From contig RFHH01000164.1 of NCBI GenBank assembly GCA_003696075.1, positions 12,749 to 76,748 of the forward strand: DNA of 64,000 nt, given 5' to 3'. Numbering within the stretch: position 1 is the stretch's first letter; every line of letters starts with the position of its first letter. Source of the stretch: Acidobacteriota bacterium (GTDB lineage Bacteria > Acidobacteriota > Polarisedimenticolia > J045). A model generated the notes under the pieces. The model had not been told where the DNA came from, ran no database searches, and saw only the letters and a list, made by a program, of their open reading frames with translations. The position numbers were made by a program, and so were the translations under genes. Positions 25,166-34,495 of the stretch are shown here, in pieces.

Positions 25166-26094
25166 CGCCTCGCGGGAATCAGCCGCACGTTGTCGATCCA
25201 CAGGCTCGCCGGCGGCGACTCCGGAAGGATGAAAACTAGCGCATCCAGGCGGCCGAGGTCGAGATCCCTGCCCGAGGGCGTGCGGCGAAGCCGCGCGATC
25301 GGCAGGCGCACCGAGGAGCCCCCCACCGGAATCTCGATCGTCTCCTCGTGACGGGTCGCCGGGTTCGCGTAACCGCGACGGTCCGTCAGGCGTAAGCGGA
25401 GAGGAACGGTGTGCGGGCCGGGGTTCCACGCTTCGAAAGCGAGGCTTTCGGCCGAGCCCCAGTCTCCGGGCGGATCGTGGAGGACCAGGTAGGCCGGTCC
25501 CGGTCCCGCGCGGCGGATCTTCAGGCTGCTCCGGCCCTCTGCCGACCAGAGCGCCGAGAGAGAGGCCCGGCACCGGCCTCGCGCCATCCAGGCGTACAGT
25601 TCCGCCCGGCGCTCGAAGCGTCCCAGCAGCGGGACCTCCGCGTGGCGGAGCCGCTCCGATCGGAACAGCGCGGCGCCTTCCGCGACCGGGACGAGGGCCG
25701 CGGCGGCCGCGGCGGCCACCGCGAGGCGCGACGCCCCGCCGGCCATCCACAAGGCGGCGGCCACGGCCCCGACGATGTCATGGGCGACGTCCAGCAAAGA
25801 AGGGGTCCCCCAAGCGGTGAGCGCCTGGATCGCCTCGACGGCGATGCCGGCCGAAACGGCGGCGGCCGCGGCGCGGGCGGCCCGCCGCCGCCCCGACCCG
25901 GGCCCGAAACCGAGGAGGAGAACCAGCGCCGCCGCCCACGGGATGTGCGCCAGGTCGCGCATGAGGGCCAGCGCGGGAATCCTCGACGGGCCGAGGGGAT
26001 CCAGAATCGGGGCGAGTCCGAGCGCGGCTGCCGCTACGATGCGCGCGGGCCCGGTCCGCCGGCGTCCCGGCGCCGCCGCCAGGGGGCCGCTCAT
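25162..26094 (-). CDS. VanZ-like membrane protein with a C-terminal extracytoplasmic domain
   Basis: An N-terminal polytopic region resembling VanZ (DIVGAVAAALWMAGG) is followed by a soluble C-terminal domain of about 180 aa. Only the C-terminal 311 aa of the track ORF are protein-like. The start overlaps the upstream GT2 stop. Confidence 0.5.
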   Translation of the reverse strand: MSGPLAAAPGRRRTGPARIVAAAALGLAPILDPLGPSRIPALALMRDLAHIPWAAALVLLLGFGPGSGRRRAARAAAAAVSAGIAVEAIQALTAWGTPSLLDVAHDIVGAVAAALWMAGGASRLAVAAAAAAALVPVAEGAALFRSERLRHAEVPLLGRFERRAELYAWMARGRCRASLSALWSAEGRSSLKIRRAGPGPAYLVLHDPPGDWGSAESLAFEAWNPGPHTVPLRLRLTDRRGYANPATRHEETIEIPVGGSSVRLPIARLRRTPSGRDLDLGRLDALVFILPESPPASLWIDNVRLIPARR

Positions 26095-27140
26095 CGGGGT
26101 GGCGGAAGGTGGCCGCGCCTGAGGAGCGACCAGAGAAACCCGGTGCCGAGCCCGAAGTGGATCACCGGGAAGATCGCCGCGAAGTGGGGCCAGCGCCACC
26201 ACCCGTGCCGCCGGGCCAGGCGGGTCGACTCGATCAGCACGAGGAGTCCGTAGGCGGCTACGGGCACGGCCCACAGTGCCGCCGCGGGTAGGCCCCCGAG
26301 GAGGAAGGCGGGGCCGCTCAGGGTCCAGGCCACGAATCCCGGCAACGCCGCCTGCTCCCAAGTCAGACGGCGTGGGTGCTTGAGCAGGAACTTGCAGCGG
26401 CCGAACCCGTAGCGGAACATCTGCCGCCACAGCCCCGGAAGGTCCCGGCGCGCGTGGTAGAAGACGGTCAGGCGCGGGCTGATGTAGCAGCGCATCCCCG
26501 CCTCGTCGAGTCTCGTGTTGAACTCGACGTCCTCGCAGGCGTCGAAATCCTCGTCCAGGTAACCGATCTTCTCGAAGACCTCCCGCCGGTAGGCTGCGCC
26601 GACGCTCGCCGCGGGAACGAACCCCTCCGCGTCGCTGTAGATGAACGAACTCCGGCTGTGTCCCAGCCAGGAAGCCCTCGCCAAGGCGATCGATTCCGAC
26701 CAGCGGCTTCCGGGCACCGGGATCAGCGGCTGCGGCCGGCCGAGGCACTCCGCGCCGGTCCTCTCGAAGATCTCCGCCACGGTGCGGAGAAGATCACGTC
26801 CCGGAATCTCCACGTGCCCGTCGATGACGAGGGCGTAGTCTCCCCGCGCGTTCCGGAAACCGACGTTCCTTCCGGCGGAGCTGCGGATGCCCGGATTGTC
26901 GAGCAGGCGGACGCGCGTGTCGCGAGCGGCGACCGCCGCGACGACTCGACGGGTTCCGTCCGTGCTCCTTCCGTCGCACACCAGAATCTCGAAGCGGTCC
27001 TCCGGGTAGTCCTGCTCCAGGAGTCGCTCGAGGACCCTGCCGACCGTCGCCTCCTCGTTCCGCACCGGAACGACGACGGAAATGAAGGGCGGCCCGCTCC
27101 CCTGCCGCGAGGGACGGTCCCGTGGCACGCGCGCGCTCAT
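26091..27140 (-). CDS. GT2-family glycosyltransferase with a C-terminal transmembrane segment
   Basis: The motifs ISVVVPVRNEE...LVCDGRSTDGT...DGH are typical of the GT2 fold. The start at MSARVP overlaps the upstream GT4 stop. Confidence 0.8.
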   Translation of the reverse strand: MSARVPRDRPSRQGSGPPFISVVVPVRNEEATVGRVLERLLEQDYPEDRFEILVCDGRSTDGTRRVVAAVAARDTRVRLLDNPGIRSSAGRNVGFRNARGDYALVIDGHVEIPGRDLLRTVAEIFERTGAECLGRPQPLIPVPGSRWSESIALARASWLGHSRSSFIYSDAEGFVPAASVGAAYRREVFEKIGYLDEDFDACEDVEFNTRLDEAGMRCYISPRLTVFYHARRDLPGLWRQMFRYGFGRCKFLLKHPRRLTWEQAALPGFVAWTLSGPAFLLGGLPAAALWAVPVAAYGLLVLIESTRLARRHGWWRWPHFAAIFPVIHFGLGTGFLWSLLRRGHLPPPR

Positions 27141-28354
27141 CCGCCGCCCGACAGCCGCTCGGCAGCGCGCGCGACGGCGGCGTGGCCGGCGGCCCGAGGA
27201 GCGAGGGCGTCGTAGATGGCGGCGAGGGCCCTGGTCTGCCGCTCCGGATCGAACTCGCGCGACAGACGTTCCCGGGCGCGTTCCGCGCGCCGCTGCGCCT
27301 CCGCCGGCGATCGCAGGGCCTGCTCGATCGCCCCCGCGAGCGCCTCCGGATCGTCGGGGGGGACCGTCCACCCGGTTTCCCCGTCCACGACCGCTTCGGG
27401 GACCCCCCCGACCTCGGTGGCCACCACCGGGGTTCCCACGCGGAACGCCTCCAGGATCACGTTCGGCAGCCCCTCGCTTCGGGAGGGATTCACCAGCAGG
27501 TCGGCACCCGCGATCCAGCGGGGAAGCTCGTGTCGGAACCCGGCGAGCCGAACCGAGTCGGCGAGCCGCTCGCGCCGAATGAGCCGCTCCAGGCGGCGGC
27601 GCCGCGCCCCTTCCCCGAGAATCGCCGCGAGGACCGGCCTTCCCCGTTCCCGCAGGTGCGCGACGGCGCGAACCAACACGTCCTGTCCCTTCTCGGGGCT
27701 CAGCCGTCCCGCGGCGATCAACACCGGCCGCGGATCTCCTTCCCATCCCAGCGCTCGCCGCACGTCGATCGGGGCACCGAAGCCGTCTTCCCGGACGTCG
27801 GCGTTTCGGACCACGCAGATGCGCTCCGCCCGTACGCCGATCCGCAACGCCAGCCGCCGCATCGCCTCCGATACCGCCACGACCCGGTCCGCCCGCCGGA
27901 GCGACCAGCGGTAGGCGCGCTCGTACAACCTCACCTTGAGATTCTCGCCGGTGAGGCCGCGGAGGAAGGCGATGCGCGGTATCCCGACCTTCGCCGCCGC
28001 GAGGTGCCCGTAGATGTCCGCCTTGTAGCCGTGGGTCGCGAGGACCTCGACGCGCATCTCGCTCAGGAAACGGGCCAACTGGCGCGCATTGTCGGGGCTG
28101 AACGGCGAGGCGGTATCGACGAGGAACGCCGGCCGCCCGCGTTCTCGGGCCCTTTCGACGATCTCGACCGCCGGCCGGCCCTCCCTGAACGAGCCGATCA
28201 CCGCCTCCCAGCCGTAGCGGCCGAGACGCGCGGCGTGCCCCAGGATCTGCCTCTCCGGACCGCCGAAGAAATTGCTGGCGATCAGGTGCGCGACGCGCCT
28301 CCGCGCAGGAGGGGTCTGTGGGCCGGGGCGCGCGGGCGAACGACGTCGCGTCAT
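27137..28354 (-). CDS. GT4-family glycosyltransferase
   Basis: The motif SRSEGLPNVILEAFRVGTPVVATEVGGVPEAVVDGETGWTV is characteristic of GT4. The start was chosen at MTRRRS. Confidence 0.8.
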   Translation of the reverse strand: MTRRRSPARPGPQTPPARRRVAHLIASNFFGGPERQILGHAARLGRYGWEAVIGSFREGRPAVEIVERARERGRPAFLVDTASPFSPDNARQLARFLSEMRVEVLATHGYKADIYGHLAAAKVGIPRIAFLRGLTGENLKVRLYERAYRWSLRRADRVVAVSEAMRRLALRIGVRAERICVVRNADVREDGFGAPIDVRRALGWEGDPRPVLIAAGRLSPEKGQDVLVRAVAHLRERGRPVLAAILGEGARRRRLERLIRRERLADSVRLAGFRHELPRWIAGADLLVNPSRSEGLPNVILEAFRVGTPVVATEVGGVPEAVVDGETGWTVPPDDPEALAGAIEQALRSPAEAQRRAERARERLSREFDPERQTRALAAIYDALAPRAAGHAAVARAAERLSGGG

Positions 28355-29343
28355 GGCGCCGCCGTCCCCGCTGCGGCCCAGCCGGGAACGAGGGCGTTCC
28401 CTCGGACGCTGTACACGGCGAGGTGGCGGCTCTCGGGAGAGGCGAGCCACTCGCCGATCGGCATCGCTCTCAGCACCGAGAGCAGAGCATCCAGCCTTGT
28501 CTCCATGCGGGAGAGATTACGGTAGTGGCGCACGCGCGTCACCGGCCCGACGGGCAACCGCGGCTGCCCCGGATCGAGTTCCCACGGGTGAAGGTAGAGG
28601 ACGGCGGGTCGCCGGTGCGCCCGGGTCATTCGCCGCAGGCCCCATCGGACGAGGACGAACGGGAGATGCCGCCAGTAGGCGCCCCCGGCGAGAGGAATCC
28701 GCAGCCTCCCCACGCGCAGGGTCGCGGGCGGCAGCTCGAGCAGGTCTCCCCCCGGCGTCAGGGCCACGAACGGCTCGGTGGGGGCCGCGGGAAGGCGGCA
28801 CCGGCGATAGACCGGAAAGATGCTGGAATCGTAGCGGAAGCCGTGCGCGGCGAGAACCTCCAGAGCCCAGAGGTTTTCCTTCCCGATCGAGAAGGACGGC
28901 GCGCGGTAGCCGGCCGGCCTCGCGCCGCAAGCCGATCCGATCGCTTCCACCGCGAGGGCGGTGTCCTCCGCGAACCGTTCCGGATCGAGGGAATCGACCC
29001 GCCGGTGGTGGTAGGAGTGGCACGCGATTTCGTGACCGGCCTCGGCGATTTCGCGCACGAGATCGGGGTAGCGGTCGGCGATCCACCCCAGGACGAACCA
29101 TGTGGCCCGCGCTTCGTGGCGCGCCAGGATTTCCAGGAGCTTGCGGACGTTGCGCGCCACCCGGGCCGGATACCACTCCCAGTCATCGCGCTGGACGATG
29201 GACCGGAACGCCTCGACCTGGAAGTAGTCCTCGAGATCGATCGAGAGAAGAGCCGGCGCGGCCGCGTTGCCGTCCAGGACTCCCGCCGGCCGGGGCCGCC
29301 CGCTGTCCCGCGACGCCTGCAGACCAGCCGGGTCGAGCTCCAC
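28351..29343 (-). CDS. Polysaccharide deacetylase, XrtA/PEP-CTERM-locus-associated subfamily (DUF3473-like)
   Basis: The motifs LLSIDLEDYFQVEAF...ATWFVLGWIADRYPDLVREIAEAGHEIACHSYHHRRV define this deacetylase subfamily. A GTG start at 29341-29343 lies 6 nt after GGAGG. Confidence 0.75.
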   Translation of the reverse strand: MELDPAGLQASRDSGRPRPAGVLDGNAAAPALLSIDLEDYFQVEAFRSIVQRDDWEWYPARVARNVRKLLEILARHEARATWFVLGWIADRYPDLVREIAEAGHEIACHSYHHRRVDSLDPERFAEDTALAVEAIGSACGARPAGYRAPSFSIGKENLWALEVLAAHGFRYDSSIFPVYRRCRLPAAPTEPFVALTPGGDLLELPPATLRVGRLRIPLAGGAYWRHLPFVLVRWGLRRMTRAHRRPAVLYLHPWELDPGQPRLPVGPVTRVRHYRNLSRMETRLDALLSVLRAMPIGEWLASPESRHLAVYSVRGNALVPGWAAAGTAAP

Positions 29344-29512
29344 GACTCGCCTCCATGTTTCGCGGGATCCCGGGCGCCGGCGCGGCGGCGCCGTCGCCGC
29401 TGGGGCTATATATATGTGCCGATGATCCGGATCAACGCTCGTCCCGAACGGCCTCGCCCCGTCGCGCCAGCGGCGCGATGTCTCTAGGCTCTCCCCGGAA
29501 CGCCCACCGCCG

Positions 29513-30622
29513 ATGGAAGCGTTCGCCCTGGAGACCCTCGAGAGCGTCGGGTCTCTCCGCGCCGAGTGGGACGACCTGCTCGCACGCTGTCCCGGCTCGC
29601 CGCTGTTTCGGACCCCCGAGTGGGTGCTCACCTGGTACGAGGTCCTGGCGGACCGCTTCCGACCGCTGGTCCTCGCCTTCCGCGAGTCCGGGCGGCTGAT
29701 CGGGCTCCTCCCGCTGGCACGGCGCCGGGACGGCCGGAGGATCGAATTCGCGGGGGAGGCGCTCGCCTCCGGCGACCACCTCGGTCTCGTCGCGAGAGCG
29801 GAGGAGCTGGATCGACTCTGGGACGCGGCGGCGGGCCTCCTCGAGCCGGAGCTCCGGCGGGCGCGCGTCCTCAGGCTGGCGATGCTCGATCGCGGACCCG
29901 AGGTGGAGGCCGCACGTCGAGCGGCGGACCGGCGCGGCTGGACCGTCGTCGCCTCCGCCGGCATCGAGGCGCCCGTGGCGCGGCTTCCCTCCGATCCGGA
30001 AGACCTCCTCCGCCGGCTCCGAAAGAAGCGGCGGGCCGACGTGAGACGGCGCCGGCGGGATCTCGAACAGCGGGAAGGCGCCGCCTTTTCCACGATCACC
30101 GGCGCCGAGGACGTCGGCACGGGCCTGGAGATCCTGTTCGCGCTTCATGCGGCCCGCTGGCGGAGCCGTGGCAGCGAAGGGACGCTCGGCGACCCTGTCA
30201 AGCGCCGCTTCCTCGGCACCTTCTGCCGGTCGGCCGCGGAACGTGGATGGCTGCGCCTCCACGTGTGCCGCGCGCGCGGGAGACCGATCGGCGCTCTGCT
30301 CGCCTTTCACCGCGACGGCACCGCGAGCTATCTGCAATCGGGCTGGGATCCGGAGTTCCGCCGCTACGGAGTGGGAGAACTGCTCGTGCTCTTCGGCATG
30401 GAGGAGGCGGTCCGCGAGGGCCTGCGGTGGTTCGACTTCCTGCGCGGCGACGAGCCGTACAAGGCGCGCTGGTCCACCGAGACCCGCACGCTGGTCACGC
30501 TGGAAGCCGCGTGCCGCCTCCCCGGGCGGGCCGAACTCCGCCTGCGCGCGCTCGCCTCCGGCCTCCGGCGCCGCCTGCGTGCCCGACTCGCGGGTGACCG
30601 CCGCGCGGAGGGCGGCCGGTGA
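29513..30622 (+). CDS. FemAB-family / CelD-like (Acetyltransf_6) acyltransferase, PEP-CTERM-system-associated type
   Basis: The GNAT-like C-terminal region (FLGTFCRSAAERGWLRLHVCRARGRPIGALLAFHRDGTASYLQSGWDPEFRRYGVGELL) is typical of FemAB-related exopolysaccharide proteins. Confidence 0.7.
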   Translation: MEAFALETLESVGSLRAEWDDLLARCPGSPLFRTPEWVLTWYEVLADRFRPLVLAFRESGRLIGLLPLARRRDGRRIEFAGEALASGDHLGLVARAEELDRLWDAAAGLLEPELRRARVLRLAMLDRGPEVEAARRAADRRGWTVVASAGIEAPVARLPSDPEDLLRRLRKKRRADVRRRRRDLEQREGAAFSTITGAEDVGTGLEILFALHAARWRSRGSEGTLGDPVKRRFLGTFCRSAAERGWLRLHVCRARGRPIGALLAFHRDGTASYLQSGWDPEFRRYGVGELLVLFGMEEAVREGLRWFDFLRGDEPYKARWSTETRTLVTLEAACRLPGRAELRLRALASGLRRRLRARLAGDRRAEGGR

Positions 30623-31626
30623 GCTCGCTCGGACGCTCAGCCACGGCGCGTCTGCTCCGCCACGCCTTCTGGTGGCTGCGCGTCGCCCTCGGTGCCCGGA
30701 GGGCCCGTCAGGAGGGCGCGCTGCGGATCCTCACCTACCACGGGGTCGTCGCCGACGCCGCGGCGGCGGAGCCGCTGGTGCCGCCTTACTACGTCACGGA
30801 ACGGCAGCTCGCCCGGCAGTTGCGGGCCCTGCGCCGCTGGGCTCGGTTCGCCTCGGCCGAAGAGCTCCGGTTCGACGCGCGGGAGGGCCTCGTCTGGGAC
30901 CCGGACGGACTGAGCGTGCTCGTCACGTTCGACGATGGGGCGCGGAACGTCGTCGAACTCGCGCAACCGGTCCTCGACTCCTGCGGCGTCCACGCGGTGC
31001 TGTTCGTGACCACGGGTCACATCGGAACGGACCGCCCGTTCCCGGCGGACGCTCTCCGCGCTCTCCGCCTCCTCGGCGCACCGGGGAGGAGCGGCGCGGC
31101 GGCGAGCGATCCGTGCCTCCGCGAGCTGCTGGAGCGGCCGGCGGCTTGGAAGGAGTTGCCCTCCGCCCGGTACCGGGAGCGGTTGCAGCGGGCGTGGGAA
31201 GAGCTTCCGCCGGAGGAACGCTCGCGCGTGCTGCGCCTCCTCGGCCCCGCCCACTGGGACGAACTCCTCGCCTTCGCCGCCGCGGGGCACACGTTGGGGG
31301 CGCACACCGCCCACCATGCCATCCTGTCGCGGGAACCCTTGGAGACGATGCAGCGGGAGATCGAGGATTCGTTCGCCGAGCTTCGATCGCGAGGCGTGAC
31401 GGGTCGAATTCCGTTCGCCTACCCCAACGGCTCCCGCGGCGACTACACGGACGATTGCATCGCGGTTCTCCGTGCCTTGGATGCCGCCTGGGCGGCCACC
31501 ACCGTCCCCGGCCCCAACCGATCCGGTAGCCCGCGCTTCGAGCTCAGGAGGAACCCGGTGGCGATGGGCTATCCGCTGAGCCGCCTCCGCGCCGAGCTGC
31601 TCGGACTCGCGGACGGGTGGGAATGA
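30619..31626 (+). CDS. Polysaccharide deacetylase (NodB-homology domain)
   Basis: The motifs LTYHGV...VLVTFDDGARN...AHTAHH are present. The GTG start overlaps the upstream stop (GTGA). Confidence 0.75.
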   Translation: MSSLGRSATARLLRHAFWWLRVALGARRARQEGALRILTYHGVVADAAAAEPLVPPYYVTERQLARQLRALRRWARFASAEELRFDAREGLVWDPDGLSVLVTFDDGARNVVELAQPVLDSCGVHAVLFVTTGHIGTDRPFPADALRALRLLGAPGRSGAAASDPCLRELLERPAAWKELPSARYRERLQRAWEELPPEERSRVLRLLGPAHWDELLAFAAAGHTLGAHTAHHAILSREPLETMQREIEDSFAELRSRGVTGRIPFAYPNGSRGDYTDDCIAVLRALDAAWAATTVPGPNRSGSPRFELRRNPVAMGYPLSRLRAELLGLADGWE

Positions 31627-33007
31627 GGTGCCGCGAGCGGGCCGCCGTGTCCCCGGCATCGCGGGCCAGTTCCGCGCCGGCACCCAGGAAGGCCCCCAAC
31701 CAGAACCAGTTGTACTCGTACAGGTTGTGGCCGGGAACTCCGAACAGGAGCATCAAGAGGAAACTCGCTCCCGCGGCGTCGACCAGCTCCGCGAGCCGCT
31801 CTGCCGGATCGCCTCGCGCGCTCCGCGCGGCGCGCCGCAGCCTGTGCCGGGCACGGCCCCACGTTCCCAGACAGGCGGCGCAGAACGCCGCGAACCCGAC
31901 GAGGCCGACCAGGCCGGTTTCCCCGAGCAGCTGGCCCGGAAGGTTGTGGGGCTGCAAGCCGACCACCTCGAAGGACAGCCGGCCGAGATAGAGATGGCTG
32001 ATGGTGAAGCAGTTCGGCCCGACCCCGGCGAGCGGCCGCATCTTGAACAGCGCCCACCCTTTGAGCAGCCCGATCCGCCGGCCTTCGGCCGACTCGTGGG
32101 CCGACTTGTTCAACTCAGGATCGAGGAGCGTCTGGTAGCGCTCGACGATGGGATCGGGAATCCAGATGACGAGAACCAGCGCCGCCGCGCCGAGGGCCAG
32201 GGCCGCGCGCCACCTCCGCCGGGACGACCAGAAGGCGGCAAGCGCCCAGGCGGCGAGCCCGATCAGCCCCGCCCGCGAACCGGTCAGCACGACGACCGCC
32301 ACCGACTGGACCGCGGCCGCGGCCAGGACCCACCGGAGCCAGCGCCGCTGCTCGGTCCGCCACAGGGCGAGAAGGAAGGGCATCACGAGGACGGTCTTCG
32401 CCGCGAAGGTGTTCGGATCGCCGTAGGTGGTCTCGATGCCGATCAGCCGCCAGATCCCCATGCGGTAGACGCCGCGCCCGTGCATCGCGTATTCCCAGAG
32501 CGCCTTCGACTGGTAGAGGGCCATCCAGCCCACCCAGCACAGGGCGAGCCCCCGCATGTCGGCGGGCCGCCGGATCGCCCCCCACATCGCCAGCGCGAAC
32601 AGCGCCGTCTTCGCCGTCTGCGACGTGGTCGCCCAGCTCCTCCCGGGCTCGAGGGCCAGCGCCGTGGCGACCAGCAACGCCGCGAGGAAACCGGCGGCCG
32701 CCCAGGGAATCGATCCCCGCCGCCAGCGCCACTCGCGCCCGACGAAGACGCGCGCGAGAACGACGAGCGCGACCACCTTCTCGAAGGGAATCGCCTGAAG
32801 CGAAGGGACGAGGCTCTCCCACGGGCGGATGAGGAACACGCCCATGTACAGGGCGAGCCAGGGAACGGCCGCGTTGACCGGCCCGTCGCCGCCGCCGAGG
32901 AGCGTGCGGAGCCAGCCCGCGGTGCGGCGCCGCCCCGGGCGCGTTCCCGGCTCCCGGCGGGGGTCCGTCTCGAAGGAGCGGACCGCCATCGCGTCAGTGC
33001 GTCGCAT
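31544..33007 (-). CDS. O-antigen ligase / Wzy-like polysaccharide polymerase family membrane protein
   Basis: The protein is polytopic, with a Wzy_C-like region (LTGSRAGLIGLAAWALAAF...). The start is ambiguous between 32989 and 33007. The 3' end overlaps the convergent deacetylase by about 80 nt. Confidence 0.6.
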   Translation of the reverse strand: MRRTDAMAVRSFETDPRREPGTRPGRRRTAGWLRTLLGGGDGPVNAAVPWLALYMGVFLIRPWESLVPSLQAIPFEKVVALVVLARVFVGREWRWRRGSIPWAAAGFLAALLVATALALEPGRSWATTSQTAKTALFALAMWGAIRRPADMRGLALCWVGWMALYQSKALWEYAMHGRGVYRMGIWRLIGIETTYGDPNTFAAKTVLVMPFLLALWRTEQRRWLRWVLAAAAVQSVAVVVLTGSRAGLIGLAAWALAAFWSSRRRWRAALALGAAALVLVIWIPDPIVERYQTLLDPELNKSAHESAEGRRIGLLKGWALFKMRPLAGVGPNCFTISHLYLGRLSFEVVGLQPHNLPGQLLGETGLVGLVGFAAFCAACLGTWGRARHRLRRAARSARGDPAERLAELVDAAGASFLLMLLFGVPGHNLYEYNWFWLGAFLGAGAELARDAGDTAARSRHLIPTRPRVRAARRGGGSADSPSPPGSS

Positions 33008-33225
33008 CCGCCGGTCGCCGGCCCTGGCACCGTGCGACCCGGACCGGATGTCCGCCCCCCGTGGGTCCGATCGTGGAACGCCTGTCCATCGTGGCATTAC
33101 TACCTTCGGCAAGCCGTTCGCGCCAGAGACGGCTCGGAAGCGCGTGCCGGGCGGAGGATGTGGTGGATAATCCGCAGCGCCCGCCAGACCGCCGGTGGCC
33201 GGCGGCCGCGGGGCATGGACCCTCG

Positions 33226-34143
33226 ATGAACGAGATCGACGTCGTCATCCCGGCCCACAACGCAGAGCCTTTCCTGGCGGAAGCGGTGCGATCGGCTCTC
33301 CGGCAGACTCTCGCTCCGAAACGGGTGATCGTCGTGGATGACGGATCGACCGACCGCACCGCGGAGGTCGCCGCATCGTTCGGCGAGCGCGTGATCCTGG
33401 TCCGGCACGAGAGGTGCCGAGGGCTGCCGGCAGCCCGCAACTCGGGCATCCGCGCCGGTGATGCGCCGCTGGTGGCGCTGCTCGACGCCGATGACGCCTG
33501 GCTCGAACGGCACCTGGAGAGGGCCGCTGCCGAGTTCGCCCGGCATCCCCACATCGGCCTCTGCTACGCGCAGGTCGTCGACTGCGACGAGAACCTGCGG
33601 CCGATTTCGACCCGGAAATTCCGCCGCCGCGAAGCCGAGGACGTGTTCGATGAGCTCTACATGAGCGCGTTTCCGATCCCCCCGAGCGCGGCGGTCCTCC
33701 GGCGGGAGGCCCTCGAACGCTGCGGGATGTTCGACGAGCGGCTGCTCAAAGCGCAGGACTTCGAATGCTGGCTGCGGATCGCCATGCTCTATCCGATCTC
33801 CTGCATCGACGAACCGCTCTGCCTGAGGCGGAACCACGCCCGGTCGATCACGCAGGGAAGCGATCCGGAGCGGGTGCTCCACTACGACGCGCTCTGCTTC
33901 AAGGCCTGCGAGGAAGCCGCAGCCCGGCTCGGACGGCGGCTCCCCATCCCGGCGGAGCGCCGGATCGTCATCGGCCGCCGGCGCCGGATGCGCGAGGCCC
34001 TCGCCGGAGGCGACCTCGAGGCGGCTCGGGTCTTCCGCGAGACTCTCCGGCGGGAAGGCGCGCTCCGCGCGGCCGACCGGGTCCGGTTCGCGGCGGGAGC
34101 GGCCCTCGTGCTCGCCCGGCGGGCCGTGCGCCGGTTTCGCTGA
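33226..34143 (+). CDS. GT2-family glycosyltransferase
   Basis: The motifs IDVVIPAHNAEPFL...VIVVDDGSTDRT...LLDADD indicate GT2. Confidence 0.8.
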   Translation: MNEIDVVIPAHNAEPFLAEAVRSALRQTLAPKRVIVVDDGSTDRTAEVAASFGERVILVRHERCRGLPAARNSGIRAGDAPLVALLDADDAWLERHLERAAAEFARHPHIGLCYAQVVDCDENLRPISTRKFRRREAEDVFDELYMSAFPIPPSAAVLRREALERCGMFDERLLKAQDFECWLRIAMLYPISCIDEPLCLRRNHARSITQGSDPERVLHYDALCFKACEEAAARLGRRLPIPAERRIVIGRRRRMREALAGGDLEAARVFRETLRREGALRAADRVRFAAGAALVLARRAVRRFR

Positions 34144-34495
34144 GAGCTCCGGAACACACGGGGTTACGCTCTCGTCCCGCCGGTTACGATCCTGCCACCC
34201 GACGGCGGCCTGCCTCGGGGCACCGCCGCGCAGGCGACGACCGACCATCGAACCTCGAAACGAAACCCCGCCGGTGCCGCCGGTCGACCCGCACCTCGAT
34301 CCGGGTCCCGCGGACGTGCCGCCTCGCCCGCGGACTCGCGCTCGTAGCCCGCGCCCTCGCCGATGACTCCGGGATCGCCGCGATTGGCCTGCGGAAGGCG
34401 GTTGGCAGTAGTTTTGCTTAATCGGATAGGATCCGGCGCCGGACCGGGTGGGCGGACCCCTGGATTCCGGCGACCGAACGGCGAGGACCGAGAGG

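Noticed and set aside
25162-26748. Full 528-aa reading of the ORF at 25162-26748
   Set aside because: The N-terminal 215 aa are Arg-rich junk that overlap the GT2 gene. Only the C-terminal 311 aa, from MSGPLAAA with a start overlapping the GT2 stop, look like a genuine VanZ-like protein.
31544-33007. The polytopic membrane protein in the EPS locus as an exosortase (XrtA/EpsH)
   Set aside because: Its size of about 490 aa and the TGSRAGL-type segment fit O-antigen ligase / Wzy-like families better. No exosortase Cys-Arg-His catalytic motifs could be recognised by eye, so it is not called an exosortase.
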